From Octopus sinensis (Eukaryota), in NCBI RefSeq assembly GCF_006345805.1, contig NC_042997.1, positions 182,218,001 through 182,282,000 of the forward strand: 64,000 nucleotides of DNA, in the 5' to 3' direction. The notes beneath the pieces are model-generated. The model had not been told where the DNA came from. It saw only the letters and a list, made by a program, of their open reading frames with translations, and searched no databases. How positions within the stretch are numbered: position 1 is the first letter of the stretch; each line of letters opens with the position of its first letter. This document shows, one piece after another, positions 14,555 to 26,835 of this stretch. The position numbers were made by a program, and so were the translations under genes.

Positions 14555-15189
14555 TGTTGTTTAGTGCCAAATCATCTCTGGTAAAGCAGACCAGTCGTCA
14601 GAGGCTTTCAAGATATGATGATCTGACATTTTGGGGAGTTTCTAGGAGTACATTATCTAAGGTAGTCTTCCTTTTTTTCAGATGGTAGTGCGAAATTAGA
14701 GGGAGGTTTGACAGCTATTTGTAGCATATGTTCATGAATGTTTGTGTGTGTATGTAGTCATTTAGTTTTACATCCATTTTTTTCCCTGCCAGCATGAGTT
14801 AGACAAATATATATTATTGAGGCAGGCATTGTTTTACAGCTGGATGCTCTTCCTGTCACTAACCCTTACCTATTGTTCAAGTAAGAGATCTCTTATTCTA
14901 CACATCTTTGAAAGTTAGTGGATTATTTGATGACAAGAAATAACAACAAACTTCACCACATGTAGCTCAGTGAATTTTTATGGGAAGTATGCAGAATCAG
15001 ACACCTGCATGCACACACACACATACACGTAGGACTAAGCACAGTCTCTATTGACCAAATTCACTCAAGGGCATTAGCCAGTCTAGGACTAGAGTAGAAG
15101 ACACTTACCCAAGGTGCCATGCAGTATGATCCAAACCCAAAACCACATGGTTGAGAAGTTAACTTGTCAACCACATGGTCATGCCTACA

Positions 15190-15227
<38 letters not shown>

Positions 15228-16909
15228 TTTCTAGTGATCTTTCTTCAACAATGGATCAAGAGCAACTCTCACAGTGCAAGCTACATATCAAATAAAAAGA
15301 TATATAAGTGCTAACTGTACTCATCAGTAGCCTCTTAATTGACCAAAATGACAATAGCTTGAATAGACTTAATGATGCTAACTGCAGATGAGCCGTACTA
15401 CAAACAAACAAACATTAAATAAATCTGTTTAGGAATCTTATTATTTTTTTGTGTGTATGTATCTATTATCAGGTTTGTGTTGATTAACAGTTGTCATAGA
15501 AATATGAACTTCAATAGACTAGGTTTTCTTGAGGTTGTTGTTTCAAGGATTTAATGTGCTAAGTCCCAATGTCAGTTGGCCAGTTGATGATTTGAAAAAA
15601 TATATCTGAAATAATTGCTTTTTATAAGGCTCATTAATTATCTTAATCAACAATACTATTTAACATTGGTGATGAAATATAATTTCCCAGATTCCTTTAG
15701 CTAAGAAATTGGCATTCACTCAACTGCTGTGACTTTACTGTCAGTTACTCACGTGTATCTGGAATTGAAATTAAATTAATTTTGAAAAGTTTCAATATTA
15801 CAAATATTTGATTTTCTTATGAAACTATATTGTTAAGATGGAATGTTCACAAATCATGAGCATCCATACATACTGAGACATCCTAAATTATGTTTCTCTC
15901 ATATTAGCATAGAAGAAAGAGTTCCCCCCCCCCATTTGGACAGAGTACACATATATAGTTGGAAACTTTCTCATAAAATCCTCTTATCTGTTTGTGTTGT
16001 CTACATGGGAGCTGAGATACATAAAAGTATTTAAATTATATGCAGTTAATATGAACTTACTGTTCACAAGTTTGTTGTTCTGTGATATATCCATCTCTTC
16101 ATTGTTGTGTCTCCATACTGCTTCCTTCTTTCTAAAATTGATATTGTCGAATGTAAATAATATATTTTAATGAAGGAAAGCATTTTGAGTTATTTAAATA
16201 TAAATAGTAAATCAATGTTAAAGCATAAACTGCAAGTGGCTCAGTAAATAGACACCTTCTTCCAAGGTTAACTTTTCATATTTCATCACTGGAGTTACAT
16301 CATGCCTTAAGTATCACTAGGTAATGTAGTTCACTAATGTAAGCAATAGTAAGCTCTATAAATTTGGCTAGTATTTTATCAGTTCCGTTATAGATTTGGC
16401 CAGATGGGATGTTAGGTTGTGTGTGTGTATGTACACTCTGTGCTGATGATGTCTATTAAGGTCGAAATATGTGTCCATGACCACCATTTTATCTCCAAAC
16501 AAAGTTTGTCCTTTTCCTTAATGGTATGTCAATTCTTGATTTTCGAGATCATTTCCTATGTCATTTGGGCAAGATTTGATTTGAAGTAGAGAAAGAAGGT
16601 GAATAAATTTCAGGTGTACAAAAGTCAGGGTTTATGTAGCCTGAGTAAGTCAACTCTTAAGTTACATACCTTACTTTGTGTTGAAGTAATTTGAACTTTT
16701 AAGGTTCTTCAATTTGTTCTGTGTGGTTATGTATTTTATTTTGAAGATATTATTTTTATTGCTATTTTATTTGTAATTTTAATGTCCCCCTTTTGGTGCC
16801 CTGTAGAAAAGAAACTCCTGTATTTTATCCTGAGGTGAAGTGAGTGCCTATACATAAATCATTATATTTTTAAACATTAATAGTTTACAAGAAAGAAATT
16901 CATTTCAGT

Positions 16910-17478
16910 CTATTATTTACAGTGGGCAGTTAGGTGTTCTCACCTTGTTTGTTGTTATCACATTTTGGCTTCATCAGGTGTTCTGGTGGAATTTCAAACC
17001 CAACCCTTTATTTGATTAATGGGGTGCACTGTTCTCATTCCTAAGGTATGTTGCTGATGTTATTTTTCTGTTGATAGTATTTTTCAAATCCCTGCCTGGG
17101 ATTGAACTTAGAATCCCACAATGCTATATGCCCGTGGGCAATTATAGAGTTAATTCTAGGGCTTATAAACCTAGTATTTTATCTTTGCTTAATACTGGCT
17201 CCCATATTACATTCATATCTGCACTAGGTCTGCTTCAGAGGTTATTGTGACCAGCATATATGGCATGAGGGGATGTTGAAAAATTGGGTATAGCCAATCA
17301 TGTATGGTAAAATGGAGGCCACCACCAACTGTGGGATGAAGTTAAAATAATCAACATAGAACACCACTAGAAAATACGAAAATTAAAAGAGGTTGCACAT
17401 ATGCTAGGACAAACAAGATGAGGATACCTATCCATCCATTGTAAATAATGTACATAATTCCTCATCTCAAAAATATAG
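16910..17478. mobile_element. Penelope-like element remnant: inverted P1 repeat plus decayed GIY-YIG endonuclease C-terminus
   Basis: Minus-strand P1 arm at 16910-17085 (hammerhead stem II deleted). The + strand at 17272-17409 translates DVEKLGIANHVW*NGGHHQLWDEVKIINIEHH*KIRKLKEVAHMLG, resembling PLE endonuclease tails. A short + P1 arm follows at 17409-17478. Confidence 0.7.
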
Positions 17479-19021
17479 AATAATACTGTTAAGAGTTATA
17501 ATGAAGTTTTAACTAAAATTATTACATTTTAGCTGGGGTGATGCCAACCAAATTTGTTTAAAAATGGTCAATATGGCTCTTCCAAAATACATAACATATT
17601 TGTTCCAAAATATGATCTCAGATCAAATATCTTGCTAAACATATACAGAAAAAGAATAATCAGAATATTTTGGATCCACTAAAATATAATGTTGAGAGTT
17701 TTCATCTTCCAGCTTGATATAACCTATCTTTGACATTTATTTATCTCTTTGTTCTGTTTCTCTCTCCTTTTCTCTTCCCACTTTCTCTATCTTCTTCCTC
17801 CCCAATGTTCTTCATTTCAAAACCTCTTAAATCCGCTAATGTAAGTTTATGAATGTTGCATTAGTCTACAAATCATACCCATTGTTTTCAAATGTCATAT
17901 GAAGTGCAGAGTTTATCGAATCTCCATTTTAGGTCATTTATATTGGGTATCTTTAGCAGAATTCATTCTGTTACAGCCATTCAAATTAAGCCACCTCTCC
18001 ATCCTTCAATTTCTTCTCTACCCATATTTTTGCTGCAGGTGTTCAGTCTGTGGTGCAACCACATCGGACACACTAGTCTCCTTTGACCAACTTATAAAAA
18101 AAAATGAAACAAAAACAGTTTTCAATTAAATATAACTACCTTTTTTAAAAAAAATAGTTTAAATATTACAAGCACATCTTTCCTATGAAACTAGCATACT
18201 TGATAAAAACACTGAAACTTTGTAATGTATAGGTTTCAGAGTTCACTTCTAACCCAAAGATATAAATAATGATAAATATATATGGCATCTGAAAATGACT
18301 GAAGAGTTAGTAATTTGAAATTTAGTTATCTGAAATACTGTATTGATAGAAAAATCAAAATCTGAGACTGATAAGTAGTCCAGTCAATATATATACTATT
18401 ATTTTTCAGATTATTTTTCTTGCTTTTCTACTTTGTTTAACCTACTCATTTTTATGGATGCATACTCTTTTAAGAATGTTCAGTGATGTAAAATAGCTAA
18501 TGGTATATCTTATTCTTTGGTATAGTATAAACCATATGATACAAGCATGGTCAAGAGATTGATTCTATGTATGGTATAATATATGGATGTAGGTATGACA
18601 TCTAGTTAAGTACTTACAATCATGATGTACATTGTTCAATACCACTATATGGTATCTTACACAAGTATCTTCAACCATAGCCCTTAAAACTTACGAATGA
18701 AATTGGATAGATAGAAACAGTGTGAAAGCTCATCAGACAGACTACAGCTGCAATTGAAAGGATCACCTTGTCACACTGTCCTGCTGATTCTACTTGATAA
18801 TTTCATTAAGGAGACATATGCCTGTGGAATATTCAGCCACTTACATGCTAATTCAGTGAGTAAGCAGTTCATTTGAATGAATAACTAGAACACTCGTCAG
18901 TGAAACCAACAGAAACACATTTACTTGTTTGTAAAAAATAATGGAAATTTTTTTATTGTTTTCTTTTTTTGTGTGTGTTATTTCAGTATTTTAAGGCATT
19001 CAAAGATGAAGCCATTACTGA

Positions 19022-19183
<162 letters not shown>

Positions 19184-22100
19184 TAACTTTCCCCTTTCCC
19201 TTGCTATATTCAGATCCACAACTTCTTGACTATTAGAAACATTGTTGTCAAAGAGAGGGTTCTTCTTTCAATGCTTAGTACTGTTGCAAATCAAAATCTT
19301 ATGGCTTTAAGGTCTCTAAGAATGTTGTTACCAATCAGTGGTATAAATGTTAACCAGTTACAGTGTAGCACTTCTTATACTGTTTCAGCTACAGCTGTAG
19401 AAACTGGGCAAATTTATATGACGAATACTCAGTTTACAACTAATACTGTTAAGATGCTCCACAGTGTTCCAGTTAGTTTGTTTCATACAACATTCTACAA
19501 AAGACAACTTTGGATAGATAAAATAACTATCAGTTCTATCAACTATTTGCTTCTCCCTAAAAAAAATTAATTGACCTTGGGCCTCGTCAAAAGAAAATAT
19601 ATCTGGAGGTTTTTTATTCCATTTTAAACAATGATGGATTATGTATGATAACCCATTTTGCTTTATTTTCTTATAAAATTCTTAGATGATGAGTCAAATG
19701 TCTGATAACATGTTGTATTAGTTTAATAATGATGAATACTGTATAAATTGTAATGACAATCTTTTATGTATTAATCTTTCTAGAGAAGACTCTATGCAGT
19801 CTCATCTCTGTTTGCATCCAACCATCTTTAAATTTATAAAATGGAAGGAAACTTTTGGATAGTGTAGTCCTAGTTTCATTATGTCTAAATGCAAGATGGG
19901 ATGGTCATCACTGGAATGCCTTTGATCATAGGTCTATTCAGTCAGGGTGGAGTTGGGGGTTAAACACCTATAATCAGCTGGTTAACTGTATTAATTATTC
20001 CATAAAAAAAGAAGACAAAGTATTCGTCTTCGAGCAACTGAAAATGTTCTCTGAGAATCTATAATGTATTCCATTAAAATTAATAAGTTCCTGTCAATCA
20101 TTTCTTTGAAGTAATTTGAGTTAATTATTTCAAAATGTAATCTTAAGGTGTAACTTCTTTGATTATCAAAGACAACCTAATTTTATATCAAAATTGGGTT
20201 TAACATTTTGTTGATTTGTTCAATTATTAAACTATTACTAAGGAATATGATGTCTCATGGTAGCACTATGGTTACTCAACACACTGGCTATATCTAGTTT
20301 TTGGCCATTGATAATTTGTCTTTGAGTGGATTAAAAATATGAACTGGTTTTGATAAGATTTCAAACTAAATCTTTAAGTCATTAATATGGTGATTATTTA
20401 GCACAAACTAGTTCTTTGTTATATGCAAAATATTTTCTCGTGAGTAAACAAGAGACCTTCTACATGGTTGCTCAGCCTGATTCAATTACTAATAGTTACA
20501 TGACATTTTCTTGTATTAAAATACCAAAGAAATGATTTATTTGTTAATGAAGCCCTACTTACACTAAAAGATTGGATGGTCGTGGCTAGAATACCTATGA
20601 TCATAGACCTGCTTGATCAGAACTGACTTGAAGCTGAACAGCAATCTCTTCTGATATAATATCATATGACTAGAAGCACAACTACAAAGTGAATATATTT
20701 GTTTGTGTAGTTGTCTAAAAATCCATGAGTCAGAAAAAGTAGGCCCTCATATATAGGATAATAGAGCAGGTATAAATACAATATTATACTCTTATCTCAG
20801 CCACTTCACTTGTTGGTTTCATACAAGGAGTTGAAATAATTCCAATACTCATTAGAAAAGACTGAAAAGAATAGTATGGCATGGGCTCTTTGCCATTAGA
20901 GTTCTGTTGTATATAAAAAAAAATTTTTTAACTGGAATGAAATCATCTAGATTAAAATCTGAAGAATTAATATATGACTTAGCACATCCAACTGTGACAC
21001 AAAACACATGCACGTACACACATGATTTTAAGCCAAGGCTGATCAGCTCCAATTTGCATCTCAGCAAAACTACCCATGGATCAATCCTCTAGCTGAGATG
21101 TAATGGCTAACAATTTTTTTTTTTTTAAACTTGGCTAGATAGATGCCATTGTAGAACAGCTGATATAAGACCATAGATAAGGATCATTTATGAAACAAAG
21201 CAAAACTTTAGTTCTTTAGTACTAATTGAGTGAAGATCAAAAAGTGAGTGACTCAACAATTTATTTCCCAATATTTATTCTGCTAAAATCCCTAACAATG
21301 TTTTAAAATGTCAGCATAACTGACATTCCAAAGTGAGTTACACTTTAGAAAGTTGATTTGCACTTTTATGTACATTGGAGATTTTCTAATCTTATACAAA
21401 TGTAGATTGTTATTTTTACCTTTAAAGTTTATCTTAAAAGTTTGCTTGAATATTATCCAAACATTTATCCATCATAACCAAGCCTTGTTTTTATTGCATA
21501 TATGTGTGTGTGTGCATGCGTGCGTGCGTGTGTAAATTATTCTTTTGTTTACTTTGCACATATAAACCCACCTTAGCATTATAGAATTTCTAACTAAAGT
21601 TCAACTGATAATATACTCATTTCTACTTTGCTGTTTTTCATTTACTCTTAAGTATATATATGTCTAAGCTCTTGGTATACAGTCGCTATTCAATCCTAGT
21701 GTTTACAAAAATATAAAGCCAAGATAATGAGTTTTAGAGATATTTTGAATAGCTTCTGTGGTAATTAGTTATTGTTCAGAACACAGAATTTTAAAATAGA
21801 GCTACCAAATTATTCTTTAGAAGACATTATCATAAACAATAGAGATTTAGTCTTCATGCTGTCAAACTGAAAACATTATAAATAATTTATTATAAACTGA
21901 GTATATTAAACTAGAGCTTTTAGTCAATGTGTATTCTTTATTCTATATTTGATGTTTATATCAGCTCATAAATAAAGTTCATTTTCACATCGTGCCCTGT
22001 CCATGTTGATTTATTACTATGAGACAGAAAATTATGAGTAATGATTATATGAGAAATATATAGGAGATCCTATTAATGTAAAACTTTAGTGGAGTTTGTT

Positions 22101-23479
22101 TTGTTTTGAAGTTACATATATTTTTTAATGATTTTATTTTACTACAATTTAAAAATTTGCTTTATTTAAATAAGAAAACATAATAATTTTCTTTACATTT
22201 CAAATCATGTCATTTATCCCACACTATTAATGTTAATTTGTGTGTGTTTGTTTGGTTTTTTTTTTTTTTCCTAATCATGATGGGCCATCCATAATCATCA
22301 TTTTAGCAATTATTTTTAATACAAACATTGTTATGGCCAATCTCAATATTCAGTGTGACATAGAATATGACAAAACTGATCCTTTGAAATACGATACTCA
22401 TTTTGGCCAGCTAAGTAGACTGGAGTAGTGTGAAAATAAAGTTTCTTACCCAAAGGCATAATGTGCTGTGAGTTATCAAACTCATGATCTTACATTTGTA
22501 AGCCGAACACCCTAACCACTAAGCTACGTATCTTCACAAGATCCCATGATCCACTCCAGCTCAGATATACATCCCTGCAAGCTTTTCTTCAAACTTCAAG
22601 ACAAGCCTATTAACCATTATTACTTTTACTATTATATAATTACAACAGCATCTACTTCTTTAAATATTCCACTGCTATCAAAATTTCATTCAGAACACTG
22701 TCAGGGATTCTCAAACTTTTTTTCCAGCATACTTGTTTGTCATGTCTGACCTGGCAATACCAGTTTGTCATGTTTATACCCTCTTGTGAAGAATATTGTG
22801 TAAAATAACAGGATATTATAGATGAAACAGAAGACATGTATACTTTTCATTAATTATATTTAGAAGTCAAGGTTCCCAAACAATATATGTAATGACTTAT
22901 ATATAGATACTATTTACTGAATCTCAGAGAACAACTATTGAAAAGTAGTTGGTTGGGATTACTTCAAAATTCCAGTGATTTTACAAATCATGCATTTCCC
23001 TGCAAGTTCTTATGCATACTCTGGTTTGTGAACTGCTATGCTACATGGTTGAAATTGCAACCAATTCTCCCACAAATCACACCCTACTGTCTTAAATATA
23101 GGAAGATACTTTGGATTGTGTAGCCCTTGATGTACAAAAATATGAAATGGTCATGGCTTTGATCATTAATCTATTCAATCAAGGTGAACTGGAGTTAAAC
23201 AACAACATGCAAACCTGTTGCAGTGCTTGCTAAGTCCTGTACAAAACATGATTATAACCATTTAAAATCTCTTTCAAGATTCTTATGAATTTTGACCAAA
23301 AAATGCAATTCAGAATTCTTGGATATTTTATTTTATTTTCAAGGAATTCTTGATCATATTATTTAAAAACTAGTTATAAATAGCATAACCATCTTAATGT
23401 TCATGAGTAGTTCACAAGTGATTTTTTTTTTTTTTTCTTAAATCTTCTAACAATTTTTTATGAAACCATTTTCTCAAAA

Positions 23480-25250
23480 ACCCGAAATTGACATATCTCC
23501 TTAAAATAATCTCAACAAAAAATAATCACCTTTATGGAAAAATAGACTGAAGCTATAGAAGAAATAGTATCCAAATTAGTTGCTATTAAGGAATGTTCTA
23601 TTAATGCAACAGTTAATAGTGCTTTTATAAAGAAAACTATTGGAAATAAAGGTTTGGTTTTACCAAAGGATTGTTTTCATTTAACACAGATGATCCAGTA
23701 TCAATATGACTTGAAGAAAAAAATGTGATGTGAAATATCAAAAAATTTATTTCTTTAGATAACTATACATATTTGCATAATCATAGATATTTGAATGTCA
23801 GTGTGCAGTCATCTGACAAATTCTAAACTTTAGTAATGATCAGAATTAATTGAAAGTTTACCAGCTGAAAAATATTTGAACTTTTAGAAATTAAATTTTT
23901 CTGAATTCAGCCTTAATTTTGGAAAAGAAAAATGTAGTTGCATTTGTAACTGATGGAAAAAAATGTTAAGTTTGCTAAGAATATGAACTGCAAGCATCAT
24001 TAGTGTTATACATATGGATACCATTTAGCTGTTATGTTCTTGAATCAGTTTGTGATGAAGCTAATAACCCTTACAACAAGTTTGAAGATGCATTCAAGGA
24101 TCATAAACAAAATGTGGATTCTGCAGTGATGAGTGTGGTTAATAATATCAATCTACAACAAACTGAACTTAATGAAATGGCTCCTAATCTTCACAAAATA
24201 AAAACAAAAAAATTAAATATTTCAGAAATATGTTAAAGAGGAGCATAGTCATGAATTGTAATTAAGCAATGATACTAAGACAAGATGAGATGATTTATTT
24301 TCAGTGCATAAATGGTTCTTGTTCCTTAAACTATCTCATACTTTTGTATCTGTAATGGAACCAATTAAAATTGGAGTTAAAACCTATGACAAAAGGGATG
24401 CAACTTTGATTTCTGCAGAAAGCATATTTGTTTTCATTCTTGAAGAATTGAGTCAACAAAATACTTTAACATATCTCTTGCTGAGAGAATGTATTAGGAA
24501 AATAATTGAATAGCAAAGGAATAAAATCTGATTGGAATGATGAAGCATTTAACTAAACTGCTTTGATTTTGGTTACACTTAACTCATTTCTCATTTTGTC
24601 ATCAGAAACTTCACTGCAAAATATTCTTTTCTACTCTAGGCACAAGGCTCGAAATTTAGGGGGAGGGTCCAGTCGATTAGGTCGACCCCAGTACACAACT
24701 GGTACTTAGTTTATCAACCCTGAAAGGATGAAAGGCAAAGTCAACCTCTGTGGAATTTGAACTCAGAATGTAAAGACAGACAAAATACCGCTTAGCATTT
24801 TACCCAGCTTTCTAATATTTCTGCCAGCTCACCACCTTACTTCATTGTAAAATATTGTAAAGAAACTGTATAAGAGAATGTTTGTTATTTTATCAAAAGA
24901 ATCATTTTAATTCCTATTCTGAATCCAAACTCATGATTATTGAAGTACCACTTCACTAAAAGAGAAAAGAAAAACATGTCTACTACAGCGATTAAATGTT
25001 GCCATTAACAAAGCTGTTGAAGGCAAATTGGAAGTGCATTCAATCATCTTATGAGCCAAAAACATTGAAATTTCTAGACACAGAATTGTTAACTTGCAGA
25101 AATTGTACTTCCTTCTCAATCATATTCTTCCAATTTCCATTGAAACAAAGAAACTATTTTCTATGGTACAGCTTTTTGTTACAAAATTGTGGTCAAGCTT
25201 CAGTGGCAAAAAACACCATCAGTAAAACATATTTCATCAGAGAATATTAA
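23480..25250 (+). mobile_element. Highly decayed hAT transposase pseudogene
   Basis: Colinear remnants IEEIVSKLVAI, SLDNYT..RYLNVSV, VVAFVTDG, CYIHGYHLAV, DTKTR* and ISIETKKLFS..LFVTKLWS..YFIREY (similar to the hAT dimerisation motif SVxxERxFS); many stops and frameshifts. Confidence 0.65.
24626..24838 (-). mobile_element. SINE family B, full-length copy with target-site duplication
   Basis: Reverse complement of the element at 43575-43760 (core GCCTTTCATCCTTTC.GGGT.GATAAA.TAAGTACCAG). 18-bp flanking repeats at 24608-24625 and 24839-24856 (2 mismatches). Confidence 0.8.
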
Positions 25251-26119
25251 TCATTCTGACTGAAACATTTCAAGTATTCAGGATTTTTTTTTATATACAA
25301 ACATACAATTTTTTTTTAATTGGATAAAGTTTTTTGTTTCTGATTCTTTCTTCCACTTATTCAAAACTCTGAAAGAGTAAAGGGAAAATAAAAATTGATG
25401 TCTATTCCTATGACTTTTTGTTTTATATGCTTGGTTTTTCAGGGATAAGTTCCTAGAAATTAAGCCATACTTGGGAACTCCACCCCATGTATTAAAATAA
25501 AAAGAAAAGTTTTTTTTTCTCTCAAAATTAGTGTTGTACTCAAAAATGTATCTATTGGCTTGGATTCCTCCTTTTTCCTCTTGAGCAGAATATTCATAAA
25601 AAATGTCCTGCAATTATATATAATTTAGTTATGTAAACATTATAACAGGCATGTAATTCAATGAAATAGACAATTAAATCAACCTACCACAATTCCAGTA
25701 AAAAGAAAACATGACTAACCAGTTACATCTATTGTTATGGTCTCTATAATGTACATATATTTTCTTTATCTAACAAAGTTGATTTACTGCAGTATCTATC
25801 CAGCTTATATCTAATTATTAAATTATTAAATTTCTGTCTAGAAAAGAATAATAAAATAATAAAAATGATAGTAATTCAGTTGATTGGTTACTTAATTTTG
25901 TAGTATTCTTTGTTTACCATTTCATTTTTATCTTCTGATGGTATGAGGAGCCCATCTATCTACAGAATTTTCAGTTCAATTACTTATATTTGTTGATCAC
26001 AAATGTTACATTTTTCTGTAAACATGATGTGGTGATAGTTGACACTTGTTAACCTATTGCAACTTAAATAAAACAAATGGTAAATTATCATTTTTGATTT
26101 AGATAAATTAGTAAAACAT

Positions 26120-26410
26120 TCAAGCGAGGACGTTGCCAGTGCCGCTGGACTGGCTCCTGTGCAGGTGGCACGTAAAAAGCACCATTTGAGCATGGCTGTT
26201 GCCAGTACCGCCTGACTGGCCCTCAGGCCAGTGGCACGTAAATGCACCCACTACACTCTCAGAGTGGTTGGCGTTAGGAAGGGCATCCAGCTGTAGAAAC
26301 TCTGCCAGATCAGATTGGAGCCTGGTGCAGCCATCTTGTTTGCCAAACATCAGTCAAGTCGTCCAACCCATGCTAGCATGGAAAACGGACGTTAAACGAT
26401 GATGATAATA
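26120..26410 (+). mobile_element. Retroposon family C (RTE-type 3' end with (GAT)n tail)
   Basis: GGCGTTAGGAAGGGCATCCAGCTGTAGAAAC...CCAACCCATGCTAGCATGGAAA..GGACGTTAAACGATGATGAT. Related copies at 9161-9296(+), 14345-14450(+), 2205-2410(-), 37755-37930(-) and 40605-40790(-). Confidence 0.8.
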
Positions 26411-26429
26411 ATAAATTAGAAATTGTTTG

Positions 26430-26648
26430 GTTCTTTTATTCTTTTACTTGTTTCAGTCATTTGACTGCAGCCCTGCTGGAACACTGCCTTTTAGTCAAGC
26501 AAATCGACCCCAGGACTTATTCTTTGTAAGCCTGGTACTTACTCTGTCAGTCTTGCTGAACCACTAAGTTATGAGGACATAAACACACCAGCATCATTTG
26601 TCAAGCGATGTTGGGGGGACAAACACAGACACACAAATGTACACATAC

Positions 26649-26685
<37 letters not shown>

Positions 26686-26835
26686 TATACATACACGATG
26701 GGCTTCTTTCAGTTTCCGTCTACCAAATCCACTCACAAGGTTTTGGTCAGCTCAAGGTGCCACATAGTGGGACTGAACCCAGAACTATGTGGTTGGTAAG
26801 CAAGCTACTTACCACACATCCACTCCTGTGCCTAT
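26430..26835 (-). mobile_element. SINE family A copy
   Basis: End-to-end reverse-complement similarity to 42950-43375 with an internal (TA)/(CA) tract. Confidence 0.85.
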
